A DNA stretch of 64,000 nucleotides, taken from positions 116,948-180,947 of the forward strand of contig NMRA01000294.1 in assembly GCA_002633005.1 (NCBI GenBank), in the 5' to 3' direction. Position 1 is the first letter of the stretch. Every line of letters begins with the position of its first letter. Shown here in pieces: positions 51,498-64,000 of this stretch. Made by a program: the position numbers and the translations under genes. A model generated the notes under the pieces. The model was not told the DNA's origin, did no database searches, and saw only the letters and a program-made list of their open reading frames with translations. The DNA comes from Phoronis australis (Eukaryota; Animalia; Phoronida).

Positions 51498-53373
51498 ACT
51501 GTTTTCTAGTCTTTTTTGGCATCCGCCCTTCAAACCAAACCGCTCTGAGGCCGATTATGAAAATTGGCATACATGTTCTTACTGTGAGGAGGGCGTCTCA
51601 CGGTGATATTTCGACGACTTTAACTACTGCGTCGCCTGTTAATGACTGTTTTGTTTGTTTTTGCGCCAATGGCTGTATCTCCTAAACGCTTTCCAGGACC
51701 TTCATTAAATTTAGCCACACTCTTTTTTATGAAGTTGACAACAATTGACCCCGACTTTCGCACGGATCAGACTTACGATGCGCCCGCTAGTTCCATTTTT
51801 TTTACATTTGCCTCTGTATCTTTAAAAGTCCTCATCGGATTTTCATAAAGTTTGGCTGACAGGCATCTACATAACGCTTTCCTCCGGTTTTCTTATGGAT
51901 TCGGGGTAGTTTGCTTCACCTGGTGGCCACTTTTTCTCTTTTTGAATTTGATTTGTTGTCCTTCCCTGTGTCAAAGAAACAGCTCAAGGATGATTGTAAA
52001 AATTGAAGAAAATGTTGCAAGTGTGAAGAGGACAGTTGACGATGGTTTTCCGACAACTTCGACTACTGTAACCCCCCTAGTGGCATTATTTTTACACCTG
52101 TGACTGTATCTCCTGAACACTCTGCATGATCTTTATTTATTTACCAAGTATATTTGTATGAAGATGACAACAGACGACGACGATTTTCATGAATCTTGTG
52201 CCCCCAAGCGGCACTTTAATCTTTTTCTGTTTTCTTATTTTTCTCAAAAGCTTCTCGAACGACCGCGGGAAGTGTTTATAGTATATTTTCACAAATATTT
52301 TGCACTGCAGTAATATTTATTAACACATATTTTCTACTATCATTCCAACGTTTTCAGCAGATTTGAATCACCCAAGTGTATCTTATTCACTGTGACACTT
52401 CCGTAGAAAGCGACAAAAATGGCGACTTGCTGAACTGAAAATCTACTTTGTTAGCGATGATGTTACGTGTATGAATTAATGAATTTGTGGACACGCTGCT
52501 ACAAAACCTGCCAAAAACGCTAGTGGCTATTGTTGGTTATGTTGATTTCTTGAAGTTACTAGGATTGACCAGAACTACAAAACATGTTGCTTCTTGGATT
52601 GTGTTATAAATCACAGATTCGAAACAAAGGTTTGAAATTGAGCTGCCGATGTACTTAGCTGTTTCTTTGCTAGGCGCGGTAAAAAAGGAGACGTGGAGGA
52701 CGTTTAGTTCGCGCTGACCAAAGCTGGAGAGAAGCATGCAAAGGACTAACATGCTGAGTTTTGGGGAAAAAAGAAAAAAGAGGCATAGCACATTGGCAGA
52801 GTAACCTCTGTATAATAACCAATTGGGGACAAATTCGATCCTTGAACTGCAGTATGACAGAAATTAACATTTCCGAAATTTTGGGTTTCCTCGGCGAAAC
52901 AGTTGGGTGGTTGTTCTATTTTCTCCGATCTTTCAGAAGCAGCTTCTTATCCATGTTTGCCTTTGATTGGTGTAATACGTTAGCTTAAATTTGTTCTTGA
53001 AACGCTAATTCCAGTCTTTGATTAATGAAGCAAATGGATATCTCTCTCAGTATCAAATAAACGTGAATATCTCGGCCAGTTGGCAGCATTGTTATACAAA
53101 AGTCGCCATCTCAAATAGGAAAATCCGCCCTGAACAACGGATAAAACCTGATAATTATAAAAGCTAACAAATTCTTTGGTTTATATATCTGAGCATCGTG
53201 TTGCTGGACACCATTTCTGAATCTTACTACATGGTAACGTGTTAGCGATTAAGACAGTACCGGAAGGCAAGAACGACTGTTGGGTGCTGTCTAGGTTTCT
53301 TGTGTAACTCTGTTCAACTTCGCGCATTTTATTCATACTTAAATGTTGCTGATTGCGTCATTTTTGATTGCAG

Positions 53374-53613
53374 GTTGTTGACTTGGCAACTTGTACGGAA
53401 GAATTTGAGTTTTCTGTTTACGATAAACCGAACTCAGAAAGCAATGAACCCCGGAAATACCCGATAGTATGCGACGATGACGCTCTAACATCTGAAGAAG
53501 TGTTCCGAAGGGTGCAGTTCACCAACAAAAATGTCTTGTACAGTCGCCTCGCCTTTCCACAGGATCGAGCTCCAAATGAGGAGAGTTTTGATATCTTGGT
53601 CGAAAGACTGCAG
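53374..53613 (+). CDS. PALD1: Paladin-like exon (VVDLATC...LTSEEVF...YSRLAFPQDRAPNEESFDILVERLQ)
   Basis: Matches paladin VTEEVY...YHRLPLPEQGSPLEAQLDAFV. 240 nt, phase 0-0. Confidence 0.92.
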
Positions 53614-53779
53614 GTACAGTCCCGTCCCTTAGCAGCTAAAACCCCCAAAGCCTTTACACCCTGGATTAAACCACCAAATGTGGCACCTAGGCACTTTGGG
53701 ACACGTTGAATCTCATGGGAGTCGCTCGCTCGAAATTTGAGGTCAAGATCAAGGTCAAATCATAGCCAAAGATCATGTC

Positions 53780-54095
53780 ATTTTTATGCGCCCACATATT
53801 TATATGTGGTTGCATATTGCCGTCATCTTAACGTCCGGCGTACGTCGTCCTGCATCTGAAATCCCCCCTCACAGGATCGTGATGAGACTTGGCAGATGTG
53901 TTCTTATGAAGCTGACAAAGGATGGCGCACGAATTTCGAACGGTTCTGACTATTGGTGTACCCTTCATGGCAATTTTAGTTTCTTTATTTTTACCTCCTT
54001 AGTCACCGGGTTTTTATGAAATTTGGCACACAGCCATCTATTAATGAGTTGTCGTATTTTGCGCCACCTAGTGGCCATTTTTTACTGTTTTCATC
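53780..54095 (+). mobile_element. Short internally deleted HINE-like copy (further fragments at about 37310-38020, 54950-55200 and 59120-59230)
   Basis: tttttatgcgcccacatatttatatgtgg 5-prime end, and gcgccacctagtggcca at 54061-54077. Confidence 0.6.
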
Positions 54096-55483
54096 CACAG
54101 AATGTAGACCTCCAGTTCATACTTGTTGTTGTATTACTTTGAATGAGATTTACTAGTTTAGGTGAATATACTTTTGATTAATTTTTCAGATAAATAAACA
54201 TCCACCATTGATTTAAATGATTGGAGATAACCCTTTGGGGGACTTACAATGTACATGTAAATAAATCCGAAGACAGGAGTATGGATTTTCTGTTTATATC
54301 ACTACAGTAACTACTCATGTAAATACAATTTAAATTGTTTAATAAGATTCATGAGTCCGGTTTTCCGACAACCCATTATTCCGATAAATAATAACTAGAA
54401 AACTGACCGTGTAATTCCGCAGTACCTTGATTGGGCCAAGTTCTATGATCTAAGCCTTACTTCAGATTCACCGACTAGTAATTGTCCGACAACTCAGTGT
54501 TCTAAAACATTACCCATTCTCCTGAAAGCAGTTGAGATAACGTACATTTTCTGGACAACAGGCCACAGCTACAATTAATAGAGAGTTTTCAAAGACGGCT
54601 GGTTACCCGTGCAGGAACGATACGTTAACAGTCGTTACCTCACTATGACGTATTTATTCTTAATGTTTGTTTCAAAGTAGCAGGATTCCTGCTGCCACGA
54701 AGTTAGCAGAGAGCTTTTGACAGTTAAAAATTCAAGTTCCAAGTTCAATTTCATTCTCACTAAGCAGAGAAACCTCTCAGAGATGGCTGGTTGCGCGAGT
54801 TTGAAGGATAACGTCATCACGTCCTGCGTATCTATGACGTATCGGACTGCGTAGTCAAGTTCGAGAAGCTAACCTGGATATTTTCTTTATGCATGGCAAT
54901 TCATTCTTGGCCATCATTCCTGAGCCAGAACGGCGGTTTCCGTTTACATTAATTCAAAGATGTTGGAATTTCCTCAGCCAGACTTTCCTAAGTCCGTCGA
55001 TGCCAAAATTTTGATTTTCTTCAAACGAATCAGCGGCACAGATCACCGCTGTGCAATATATGTTTGCCTCTGGATCTTCGTAATTCTTGAATGGTTTTTC
55101 ATAAACTTTGGCCAATATGTTTCTAGTAAAGAAACAACATTACTTCTAATTTTGGAATCAATTTGAATTATTCTGCGTCATCTGGTGGCCATTTTTATAA
55201 TTAACGAGCCTGTTGTTGTTAACACTGCGCGCGGCAGGTGGTATGACGTCATATCCCCTGGCGTTATCAGTTCAAAAATGGCGAGTTACCGATTTTAGGA
55301 ACTGAGCAGGGGATTGTGCGAAGAAAAAAATTGATAACGGGAGTATTTTGTCGAATTGGAAGGAATTAAATACATCGACAGCCTTCTAGAGTGTCTCTCT
55401 ATGCGCAAAAGGTATTTATAACGTTTTAGTCCGTGCGAGGCATAACTCGCCGAAAAGCTTCCGGCGTATGAAGCTCCTATATA

Positions 55484-56077
55484 TGATGGGCCGTTGGGGG
55501 GAAAGTGTCGCCGGAAAAGCACGAGCGTAATTGTGTACATTACACCGTTATTTACGCCGTTAATTACGCCGTTAAATTACGAGGGTAATTTAATTCTTTG
55601 CGGCGTAAAATTACGCTCGTTATTTAGTTTAAACTCGTAGCCAATTACGTTGGGTTTTACAATCCACGATCGCGCGCGATCATGGAAATACTTATTTACT
55701 GACGGATTTCATGTCTACCATACGAGCGCTGAGTCATGGCCGATCAATTCGCTGCTGCCATGTCAGCGATTGTGCAAGAACGAGCTGCCCAGCAACAGTC
55801 GTGTATGTTAGGTCATCACTGATTGGTTTAAACGTTGTTAAGGTATTTTACGAGCTTAATTTACGGCGACATTTCCCCCATTTAATTTACGGGCGTAATT
55901 TTATTGCAACACTTTTCCAATTTAACTTACGCTCGTAATTACGAGCGTAGTTTTACGGCGAAATTTTTCCCATTTAATTTAGGAGCGTAATTGTACGCCG
56001 ACACTCCTGCAATTTATTTTACGCTCGTAATTTCGAGCGTAATTTTACGGCGACACTTTCCCCTCAACGGCCCACCA
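55484..56077. mobile_element. TA-flanked MITE (TGATGGGCCGTTG...CAACGGCCCACCA) with internal ttacgctcgtaa repeats, nested in a relative of the 5884-6799 element
   Basis: ~30-bp imperfect TIRs with TA on both sides; the host element arm resumes after about 56095. Confidence 0.75.
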
Positions 56078-57063
56078 TACCTACATGTATAGGAGCTCTA
56101 CCGTCTCTACTGGACCAGCTAGAGACAGTGATCATTGTCTCTGAATGGCGGAGCTAACCACACTTAAAAATGACAGAAGATCGACAGGTTTCAACGTACC
56201 CCACAACCGGCAATTGATGTCCGCTCAAGGAGCTGGCGTGGGCGGTCCAGGTGTGGCTCGGCCTGAACATGGGCAATAGGTTGGTCCAGATGTGGCTCGG
56301 CCTGAACATGGACAATAAGGCGGTCCCGGCCTCCACAGTGATAAAGCTTTCCTTAGTACCGAAAGTAGGACAGCGCTTTATTTTCATTAAATTCGTTTTG
56401 TAATGTCTGGCACATTTCCACAGATCATGTCGGGAACCACCAAGGTGCATGGGAGTGGAAACATTGCCGATTTCAACCGTTTAAAATTACCAGAGCTGAA
56501 AAGATATATTTGAGAAAGAGGAAAATTTTTATTGCTACAAAAATAAATGACAACACATCAAAATACAACTATTTAGACAAGCAAGCGAACCATTATATCC
56601 AAGCTTTTAACAATAAAACGACTGACATGTACTTAAGCTAATTCTGTTTGGTTCAAAATTAACCCAACAGAACTCACTTGATCTGTTAAGCTTGACTTCG
56701 TTTAAGGGGAAGAAGACATCCAACTTAACGCCACGGATGAACGGGTATTACTCAATAGCTTATTCAACTTCTACATATACTGTTGGAATGATGCCCACAT
56801 CACTGCAGTAATAATCCGTTGCCTTTCATGAAAGGACAAATGTAGCTGAGAAAAAATTGCAAACAACAAAGAACATACACTGTATGGGATTCTAATGGCG
56901 CTGAAAGGAAGGTGCACAGTGCTTGGCGGATATTGCAGCATTGTAATCAGGAACAACGTTACCCTATTGTGTTTGTAATTCACCACCGCACCCCAATTAA
57001 TTGATTTCGTCGACATTCCTTTTCAAAAATGATCCTAATCAATCGCGTTGTATGTGCTCACAG

Positions 57064-57206
57064 GAAGACGACAGTTTCTTTGCGGATAGCCACAGCAAGT
57101 ACCCATGTTTGATCTTTATTGACCAGCTTGGAGACGAGAAAGTGACAACAGCTATGGTGTTGGGCTGCCTCATGTTGGCGCGAAAGCACGATAATCTCTA
57201 CCAAAG
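57064..57206 (+). CDS. PALD1: Paladin-like exon containing the first P-loop position (PCLIFIDQLGDEKVTTAMVLGCLML)
   Basis: Aligns to paladin PALVFSCQMGVGRTNLGMVLGTLIL. Sites cacag| and AG|gtaggt (phase 2). Confidence 0.9.
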
Positions 57207-58803
57207 GTAGGTATCAACCATTTCCTTTGCGTATCTCAGGATGGTGACAAAGATGGCTTCAGATAAATAATTTCTTACCCCTTAATGCTTAGGTATAGTT
57301 CTTGTGTCAGTTCTCAACATGGTGTATCAGTGATCAGTTTCTTCTCGTTGTTGTTTGTTTTTGTCATTTAGTATTGAAACCTGTTGTGACACCTTTTTTG
57401 ATCCGTATGTGATCTGTATTAGGTGACCATATGTTGGCGAGAAACAGTCGAGTTACAGCTGTATCATCGTTTAAAATACAAGATACAAATTAATTGCCAA
57501 CTGATACCTTAGAAAGTCCACCAAATCGGCAAGTGTGAGCAACCCCTCAGACTAGATTCATGACGATTGCAGAGAAAGACGGCTTACACAAAACGAAGAA
57601 ATGTGATACCGTGGAAATACGTTTTATTTCAACAACGCTTTTATCGCTCAGGGGAGGTAACAACCTTACATAAGTAGCTGACAGGACAAGCTTTCGGTGA
57701 ATTCAGCAAAACAGAGTTTGATATCCTAAAACTAGTCAATATTTCTGGCAGGATTTTTCTGAGCGTCACGAAAAAATGAAGAACAATGTCTGGGATTCGA
57801 GTCGCTTTCCATGTGTGATATGCAGATCACGTTACATGCACACTATTGTGATTATGAAATACAAGTTTGTATGTCATTAAGGGATTAAGTGTTTCGATGA
57901 ATAGGTTACAAACTTCATGTAGTGATTTTATAAAAAGTACATTCTTGCCTCCTGAAAAGCAATTAATATGAGTCTATCAGAAGTTCAGAAAATCATAACG
58001 AGAGGGAAGACAAGACTGTCGCGCTATTGATGAAGGTGCAAAGTACGCTGGCATGTACTTAAGTGAATGATATCATACTCACGTTAACTTTCAAATCACT
58101 GTTCACGGATAAGAAACACGTCATTTCAAGCTTACGTGCAGCAATCATGCCGTTGCACGGGTCACGTAGTCTTCACGACTCGCGCAATGTGCACTAGGAA
58201 AATGAGACGGACATTGATATAACTGGTGCCCCAGACTCGACTGATGAATTATACTATTCCCGTTTCATAATCGTAAGTGGTGCTTTTTCGCCTTGTCCCA
58301 AGTGTCATACGTTTAAATAACGCAGCTCAGGGTCCGAGCCTAGTCTTTATACGTAAATGTGAACACGATTTTATTTAATATTTTCCGTTCTAATTTTGTA
58401 CGAACTAAATAGAAGTGCGGATTATATGGTCTCCAGTATCTGGCGTTTTCCGCAGAAGAGTTTTTAGTCCAAACTTGCAATTGCGACTCTTAAAATTAGG
58501 CTACGATATCGAGATTACCGGCACGTTGAACGTAGAACGCAAATGTCAAAAATTCTAGTTCGCTTTCAAGTAGATTACGAACATAAGGCTCAGGGTCAGG
58601 TTACGATGTGACAAAGTAACAACTACATGTAAATACACGTATCAAATCGGTGTTCATACATTGATAATTATGCATATCATGTGATCATATAAGTCTAGTT
58701 TTTAAGAGTGCAAAAATGTTACTTTGTGGGCCTTTTAACATTAAAATATGAATAAGCACCAATTCAGCATAAAACAATAGAGATATATTTCCCATCTGGG
58801 CAG

Positions 58804-59017
58804 CACTGAAGAAGACTGTTCTGACGACCAGGCTGACGTATCAAAAGGAGAATACCTGGCTATTGTGGAGCTAGTGCAACGGCTTCCAAATGGCAAAATG
58901 CTCAAGAACGAAGTAGACAGAGCCATAGATTTGTGTGCCCATCGATGCAACATCAGGACAGATATAGCAGACTGCGCGTCGAAATTATCTGACATCTCTG
59001 CAAACTACAACAGTTTG
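58804..59017 (+). CDS. PALD1: Paladin-like exon (TEEDCSDDQADVSKGEYLAIVELVQRLPNGKMLKNEVDRAIDLCAHRCNIRTDI...); gene continues beyond the window
   Basis: Phase-2 acceptor ggcag|C matches the previous donor. Matches paladin G..MVEEVDRAITAC. Not present in the supplied plus-strand ORF list. Confidence 0.88.
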
Positions 59018-59440
59018 GTTTGTGAATATGTAATATAGAGCGTACTAGCATAATGTAGAGTAATGAAATTCTGAGAGATCCTGCTAGGCATTTAATGCAG
59101 TATTATCACTGTCTCTTAATTTTTGTGCGCCCACGTATTTATACATGTATGTGGGCGCATTATGCCGCCATACACGTCCGTCCGGCCTCCGGCGTCCGCC
59201 GTGTGTTCGTGAAATTCTGCACATGCTGCTTTCATAAAAGTCACATGATCCGTTTTAAAACGTTTTAAAAACATTGTGAATCTGCATAATTTTTTTTTGA
59301 AACATGCTGTCTGATACGTAAGTATGGGGTTGATCTACTGCGTGTACATATTTTTCTTTTACTTTTTATTTTCTTAAAATCTTAGTGATCACAACAAACG
59401 AATGTTGCCCATAATGCTGTGTGGTTTGACCTTTCGGCAG

Positions 59441-59503
59441 CTCCAGACAAATAGTCAGCTGTTTCCGGTACTGCTTCGAAGAAGAGAAATTCGCCTTAAC
59501 CAG
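59441..59503 (+). CDS. Possible extra 63-nt in-frame exon of the paladin-like gene (LQTNSQLFPVLLRRREIRLNQ)
   Basis: ctttcggcag| ... CAG|gtaatg, phase 0-0 and open, but no recognisable paladin homology. Confidence 0.2.
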
Positions 59504-59856
59504 GTAATGTATTCGTTTCTAGGACATTTTGATGACAATATAGCTCCCTGTAGGAGCTGAAGAGTTATACTATTAGGCTTAGAATTAGATGAAAGCATTA
59601 TCTGTGGTAAAATTACGTACTGTATTCGACAATAATCGTTGTACTCGAGTCGATTCTGCAGTGGTATCCTAGCCCAAGCCCTAGGTCTATCAATGTTGTG
59701 ACTGAAACTGGGTGTAATATGGTTGGATAGACCTTGTTTGTCTCTCGATTGTTGGGGTTGAATTTCTACCTACTGGCAATTTTCAGACTTTGGACTTGAA
59801 TTGCAAAACTATCACCAGGGACTGTATACTCTACTAGTATACATGTATACTACTAG

Positions 59857-60011
59857 CAGGGGCAGATCTAGGATTTTGAGTTGGGGGGGCAGTGCAGAGT
59901 ATTAGCCAGGATTTAGTTCGCCAAACATTTGCACCTCCGAACTTCCAAATGGTGTCCGGAAAAATTTTAAGGAGGCAATGGTCCCCTTGTCCCCCTCTAA
60001 ATCCACCACTG
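59857..60011 (+). mobile_element. Short MITE (CAGGGGCAGATCTAGG...TAAATCCACCACTG) with 5-bp TSD actag; related copies at 1451-1601 and about 764-929
   Basis: Imperfect TIRs, actag on both flanks, interior shared with 1451-1601. Termini resemble those of the larger tRNA-bearing element; hAT5-like by TSD length (inference). Confidence 0.7.
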
Positions 60012-62542
60012 ACTAGTAAGTTAGCTAGTCCACTTGAGCACAAACCACTAGATCAGAGATGACAGCCTCGGGTTGAATGCAAGCAAACTTGAGAAGTGTT
60101 GGTAGACTGAAGCTTGCTGCGAGAAAAGTGAGACCATACAAAACCATGCGTGGGAGTGGGACGAAACAAATTTGGTGCTTGTTATTCAGTGGAGAAATTT
60201 CAAAGGCATTTCACTGCAGTGATTCTCATCATAACAGAAATGAAAATGAAAACAAGAGTTGCTGCATGACATGTTATTAATGTGTGTGTGCTTGAAATTA
60301 TGGACATTTATTTTAGTTACGTAGTTAATTCCCTCCACCATGTGGATCAACAAAAGCAGATGATACGAGTTGATAGACTCAACATGAACGAAGGTACATG
60401 TACATGAACACTTCACGAATTACAAAGCAGGTACTGTGTCACAGTTTTGGAGTCGCATGTATGCAAACAGTGATCAAGTATTGTTGGTTTACATAAAAGT
60501 AAAATGTCAGGCTTATATGCTGTCCGGTAAATGAGTAAGATGAAAAATATATCCGTGTCCTTTGTATTGACAACAGTCCATAGCCACGTCAAGTTACAGT
60601 AGAAAGATAAACTTAATTTCAGTTGTTCAATAATGCAGTGATAGTTTCTTTTGATAGATCAAATAACATCTGTTGTCATCGCAAGACCATTGATCGTCAA
60701 GGCAATGAACTGGGTGGCCTTGGAAGTCATGTGTCAAGTTTGTGCACGCCTTGCTTTTCTCTCAAGCATCTGCTAATTGTGGACACCGATGGAAAATGAA
60801 GTATAGACCTTTCTTAATCCTTGACAGCATAGTTCTTGGATTTCTCACTGATATACCTGTGTAGCCTGTAAGTGTAAAATACTTTGAAAAGTTGCAATAT
60901 AATTGAGCACTGAAACACTAAAACCAATACATTGCAAAGAAAACCACCATTGGGTATAAGTAATGATAACCGTACATATGCCACCAACAAGTGTGAGATG
61001 TTGCATGTTAGAAAGATGGTGCAAGAACGTTTTGCCATTTGGCTTTTGGTATAAATCTTCATCGCATCATAACTTTTGATGGCCATTGCAAAACACATTA
61101 TGGTTTACGTGGATCTGAGACTTATAAGACAGGAAATTGAACTCATGGCAACACGGTTATGTCCCAAGTGCTACTTGGCAGCCGTTACATGAATATAAGG
61201 TTACCACACAACTGTTTTATCGAGGTCAAACAATGGTGATACTATTATTGCCTTTTAATAAGCAATAGGGAAACAACATTGAGAGACAATAGAGTTGCAT
61301 TTTTCACAGAACAATTACTGTGGCAATAAACCCTGTTATCCTCGCGACTTAACTTTTGATTTTAACCGCTTTCCTCATTCAGATGAGAAATAATTTTTGG
61401 TCTTGAAAAAAACTGTAAGTTTATGATGGTTGTGACCATGTCAGGTGAAAGAAATGGCATGATGTGACACGCCAAGCTAAAGAAACTCTCAAGTAGGAAC
61501 AAATCGCTGGAGATTTTCAAGCCCAAAATTCACATCTATTTTCATCAAGGAACAATTCGAGATCAATATCATACTAATAATACATGGTCTCAATGAAAAA
61601 TTGGTTTTCGTGACTGAAGGCATGCTTATATCTACTTTAAATTCCAATAGAACATAGTCTTTACGAGAGCAGACACGAACCTTTGATCTAGATTGTGAGG
61701 ATGCAGGTGACAAAGAAGATAAGGACAAGGGTGAACAACAGCCCTGAATCCCTGAAAGATGACAAAGGTGGCATTTATAAGAAGACACTCAGCTTAAAAT
61801 TCATTCTGAGACGTCTATTCTGAAAACTCAGAGCTGTATATATGAATCTAAAACAGTGACATTGAATCGACAGATGGAATCGTACAAAGGCAAATTTTAA
61901 AAATGAGGTTTTTGGAAATCGTGATGGCTCCCCACACCAAAATGATACAAACACAGAATTTCAACCAGCAGCTAGAGTTATTGTAGCTTGCAGTTATATT
62001 ACAAATTTAACTTAATGTAAGCCAATTGAAAAATTTCGCATGCAAATTAGTTACATTACATTGCTAAACTGGACATCCTCCAAAGCTGTGATACATTAGA
62101 TGTTGTCATCGAAGTAATCGCAACGTAGTGCAAATGCATCACGTGCACGATAGGATTTCTTAATGTGATAATTTGGGATCATTGACATGTGCTAATTGAC
62201 TCAAAAACCTATTTTTAATTCGATTGGTGATTATTCGAGCAAAATATGAGCAGCTATTAGCGGCGACACTTCCCTGTAATTGTTGATGATAACAGTGGCC
62301 CCTGACGATAATTTGGATGTAACCGAAGTTGACCGTTCATACTGCACTGAAGCAACGCGACGCTGTGCTGTTAAATCCACTTGTCTACTGCGAAGCTAAC
62401 TGCTGCAGTTAACTTGAATTCAGGCCGTTCGTACTGACTTGCAACTCCCCAAAACATCGACGTGACGACGTTAGAATGAAAGGGCTTTCGCAATTAACAC
62501 CAACACGGTGTAACTAATCTGCGTCAGCGTGAATCAGTATTA

Positions 62543-63686
62543 GTATTAGTAAGCGCAACAAATCGCAGGACAAAAACTGAACAGCTGATCGAATTGAAGC
62601 TCTTCAAAATGATTCGGGTCTTACGTATGCTGACTGAGATCAGTTACCCATCAGTGAATGCTCCAACCGTGTATACGAGTCACTGAACATTTCACAAACA
62701 GCACTGACTTATACTTGTCCATGCCTTGTAAAACCTTCATGAGTTCGAACATTCAGTCTTGTCCTCATTGTTTCCCACCTATCGAACGAGTCGCTTAAAG
62801 GTACAAGGTTTGTTGGTAATGCCGCTTATTTTACTGACTAACACGTCTTTTTCTAAATCTAGTAGAGCAAGACGACTTCGTTTCGCCTTCGGACGAACAC
62901 ACGATTTTTTTTGCACGTTTGAAAAGTTAATAACCTTTTGAACTTGATGGCTACCAAAAAACGGCTAAAACGGCGTTAAGAGATATTTCGTGTATAACTC
63001 GGACCATACGCCTTTAATGCGAAGGCATGGGCGATCCTTTGTCTGCCTCCTTAACGGCGAATTCAGTTTTTTACGTTTACCTTTATATAGTCAAAGATCC
63101 TCGACGGATCTTNGTATTAGTAAGCGCAACAAATCGCAGGACAAAAACTGAACAGCTGATCGAATTGAAGCTCTTCAAAATGATTCGGGTCTTACGTATG
63201 CTGACTGAGATCAGTTACCCATCAGTAAATGCTCCAACCGTGTATACGAGTCACTGAACATTTCACAAACAGCACTGACTTATACTTGTCCATGCCTTGT
63301 AAAACCTTCATGAGTTCGAACATTCAGTCTTGTCCTCATTGTTTCCCACCTATCGAACGAGTCGCTTAAAGGTACAAGGTTTGTTGGTAATGCCGCTTAT
63401 TTTACTGACTAACACGTCTTTTTCTAAATCTAGTAAAGCAAGACGACTTCGTTTCGCCTTCGGACGAACACACGATTTTTTTTTTGCACGTTTGAAAAGT
63501 TAATAACCTTTTGAAATTGATGGCTACCAAAAAACCGGCTAAAACGGCGTTAAGAGATATTTCGTGTATAACTCGGACCATACGCCTTTAATGCGAAGGC
63601 ATGGGCGATCCTTTGTCTGCCTCCCTAACGGCGAATTCAGTTTTTTACGTTTACCTTTATATAGTCAAAGATCCTCGACGGATCTT
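62543..63686. other. 570-bp duplication around single N (63113); probable assembly overlap
   Basis: 62543-63112 repeated at 63114-63686. Confidence 0.85.
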
Positions 63687-64000
63687 CTTAAAGTGGCTTG
63701 GAACGTGAAAAATAGTATAAAGTAAGAAAGTAAATGTTACTCATCTTGCATAAAACCTGTGTCATATCGTGGCGTACAAGTTTTTTTGTAGGTTTCGTAA
63801 ATATAGTGAGTTTTAGATGAGTTTGGAGTATTTTTCTTTACGTTTGAAAAGACACACCTTCGTGCTCGTCAAGTCCTACATTACAGTCCCAAAATGCATT
63901 GCGGTGCCTTATTTGGAAATGGCCTGATGACCTCAGAAAGGTGAAAGGTCGCCGAAAGCAAAACAGTGATGGCTGGTTTCGAAAGCACATCGACACCTTG

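Overview
Eukaryotic, AT-rich, repeat-dense genomic DNA, most likely from a marine invertebrate bilaterian (inference only). It comes from a draft scaffold with one 285-N gap and six single-N joints, four of which flank near-identical duplications. Two divergently transcribed spliced genes were reconstructed by hand. (1) Minus strand, about 9.8-22.5 kb: a small secreted Cys-rich protein of about 195 aa with a signal peptide, two atypical chitin-binding peritrophin-A (ChtBD2/CBM14)-like modules and a Thr/Pro linker, built from phase 1-1 exons. (2) Plus strand, from about 31.2 kb and running off the window: a paladin (PALD1)-like phosphatase-fold gene. It has an MGxxxS N-terminus, an RFX X-box near the putative start, a probable GC-AG intron, and a degenerate first P-loop (CX5R replaced by DX5K). 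The most striking non-coding signal is a Helentron-associated (HINE/DINE-1-like) element present in several copies in the paladin introns. Its core is a ~145-bp tandem array with one CTCF-consensus motif per monomer, all co-oriented (roughly 35-40 motifs in ~21 kb). Other content: a DNA element with a 5-bp TSD carrying a tRNA-like Pol III cassette (3 copies), many MITEs, nested insertions, LINE relics and mini/microsatellites.
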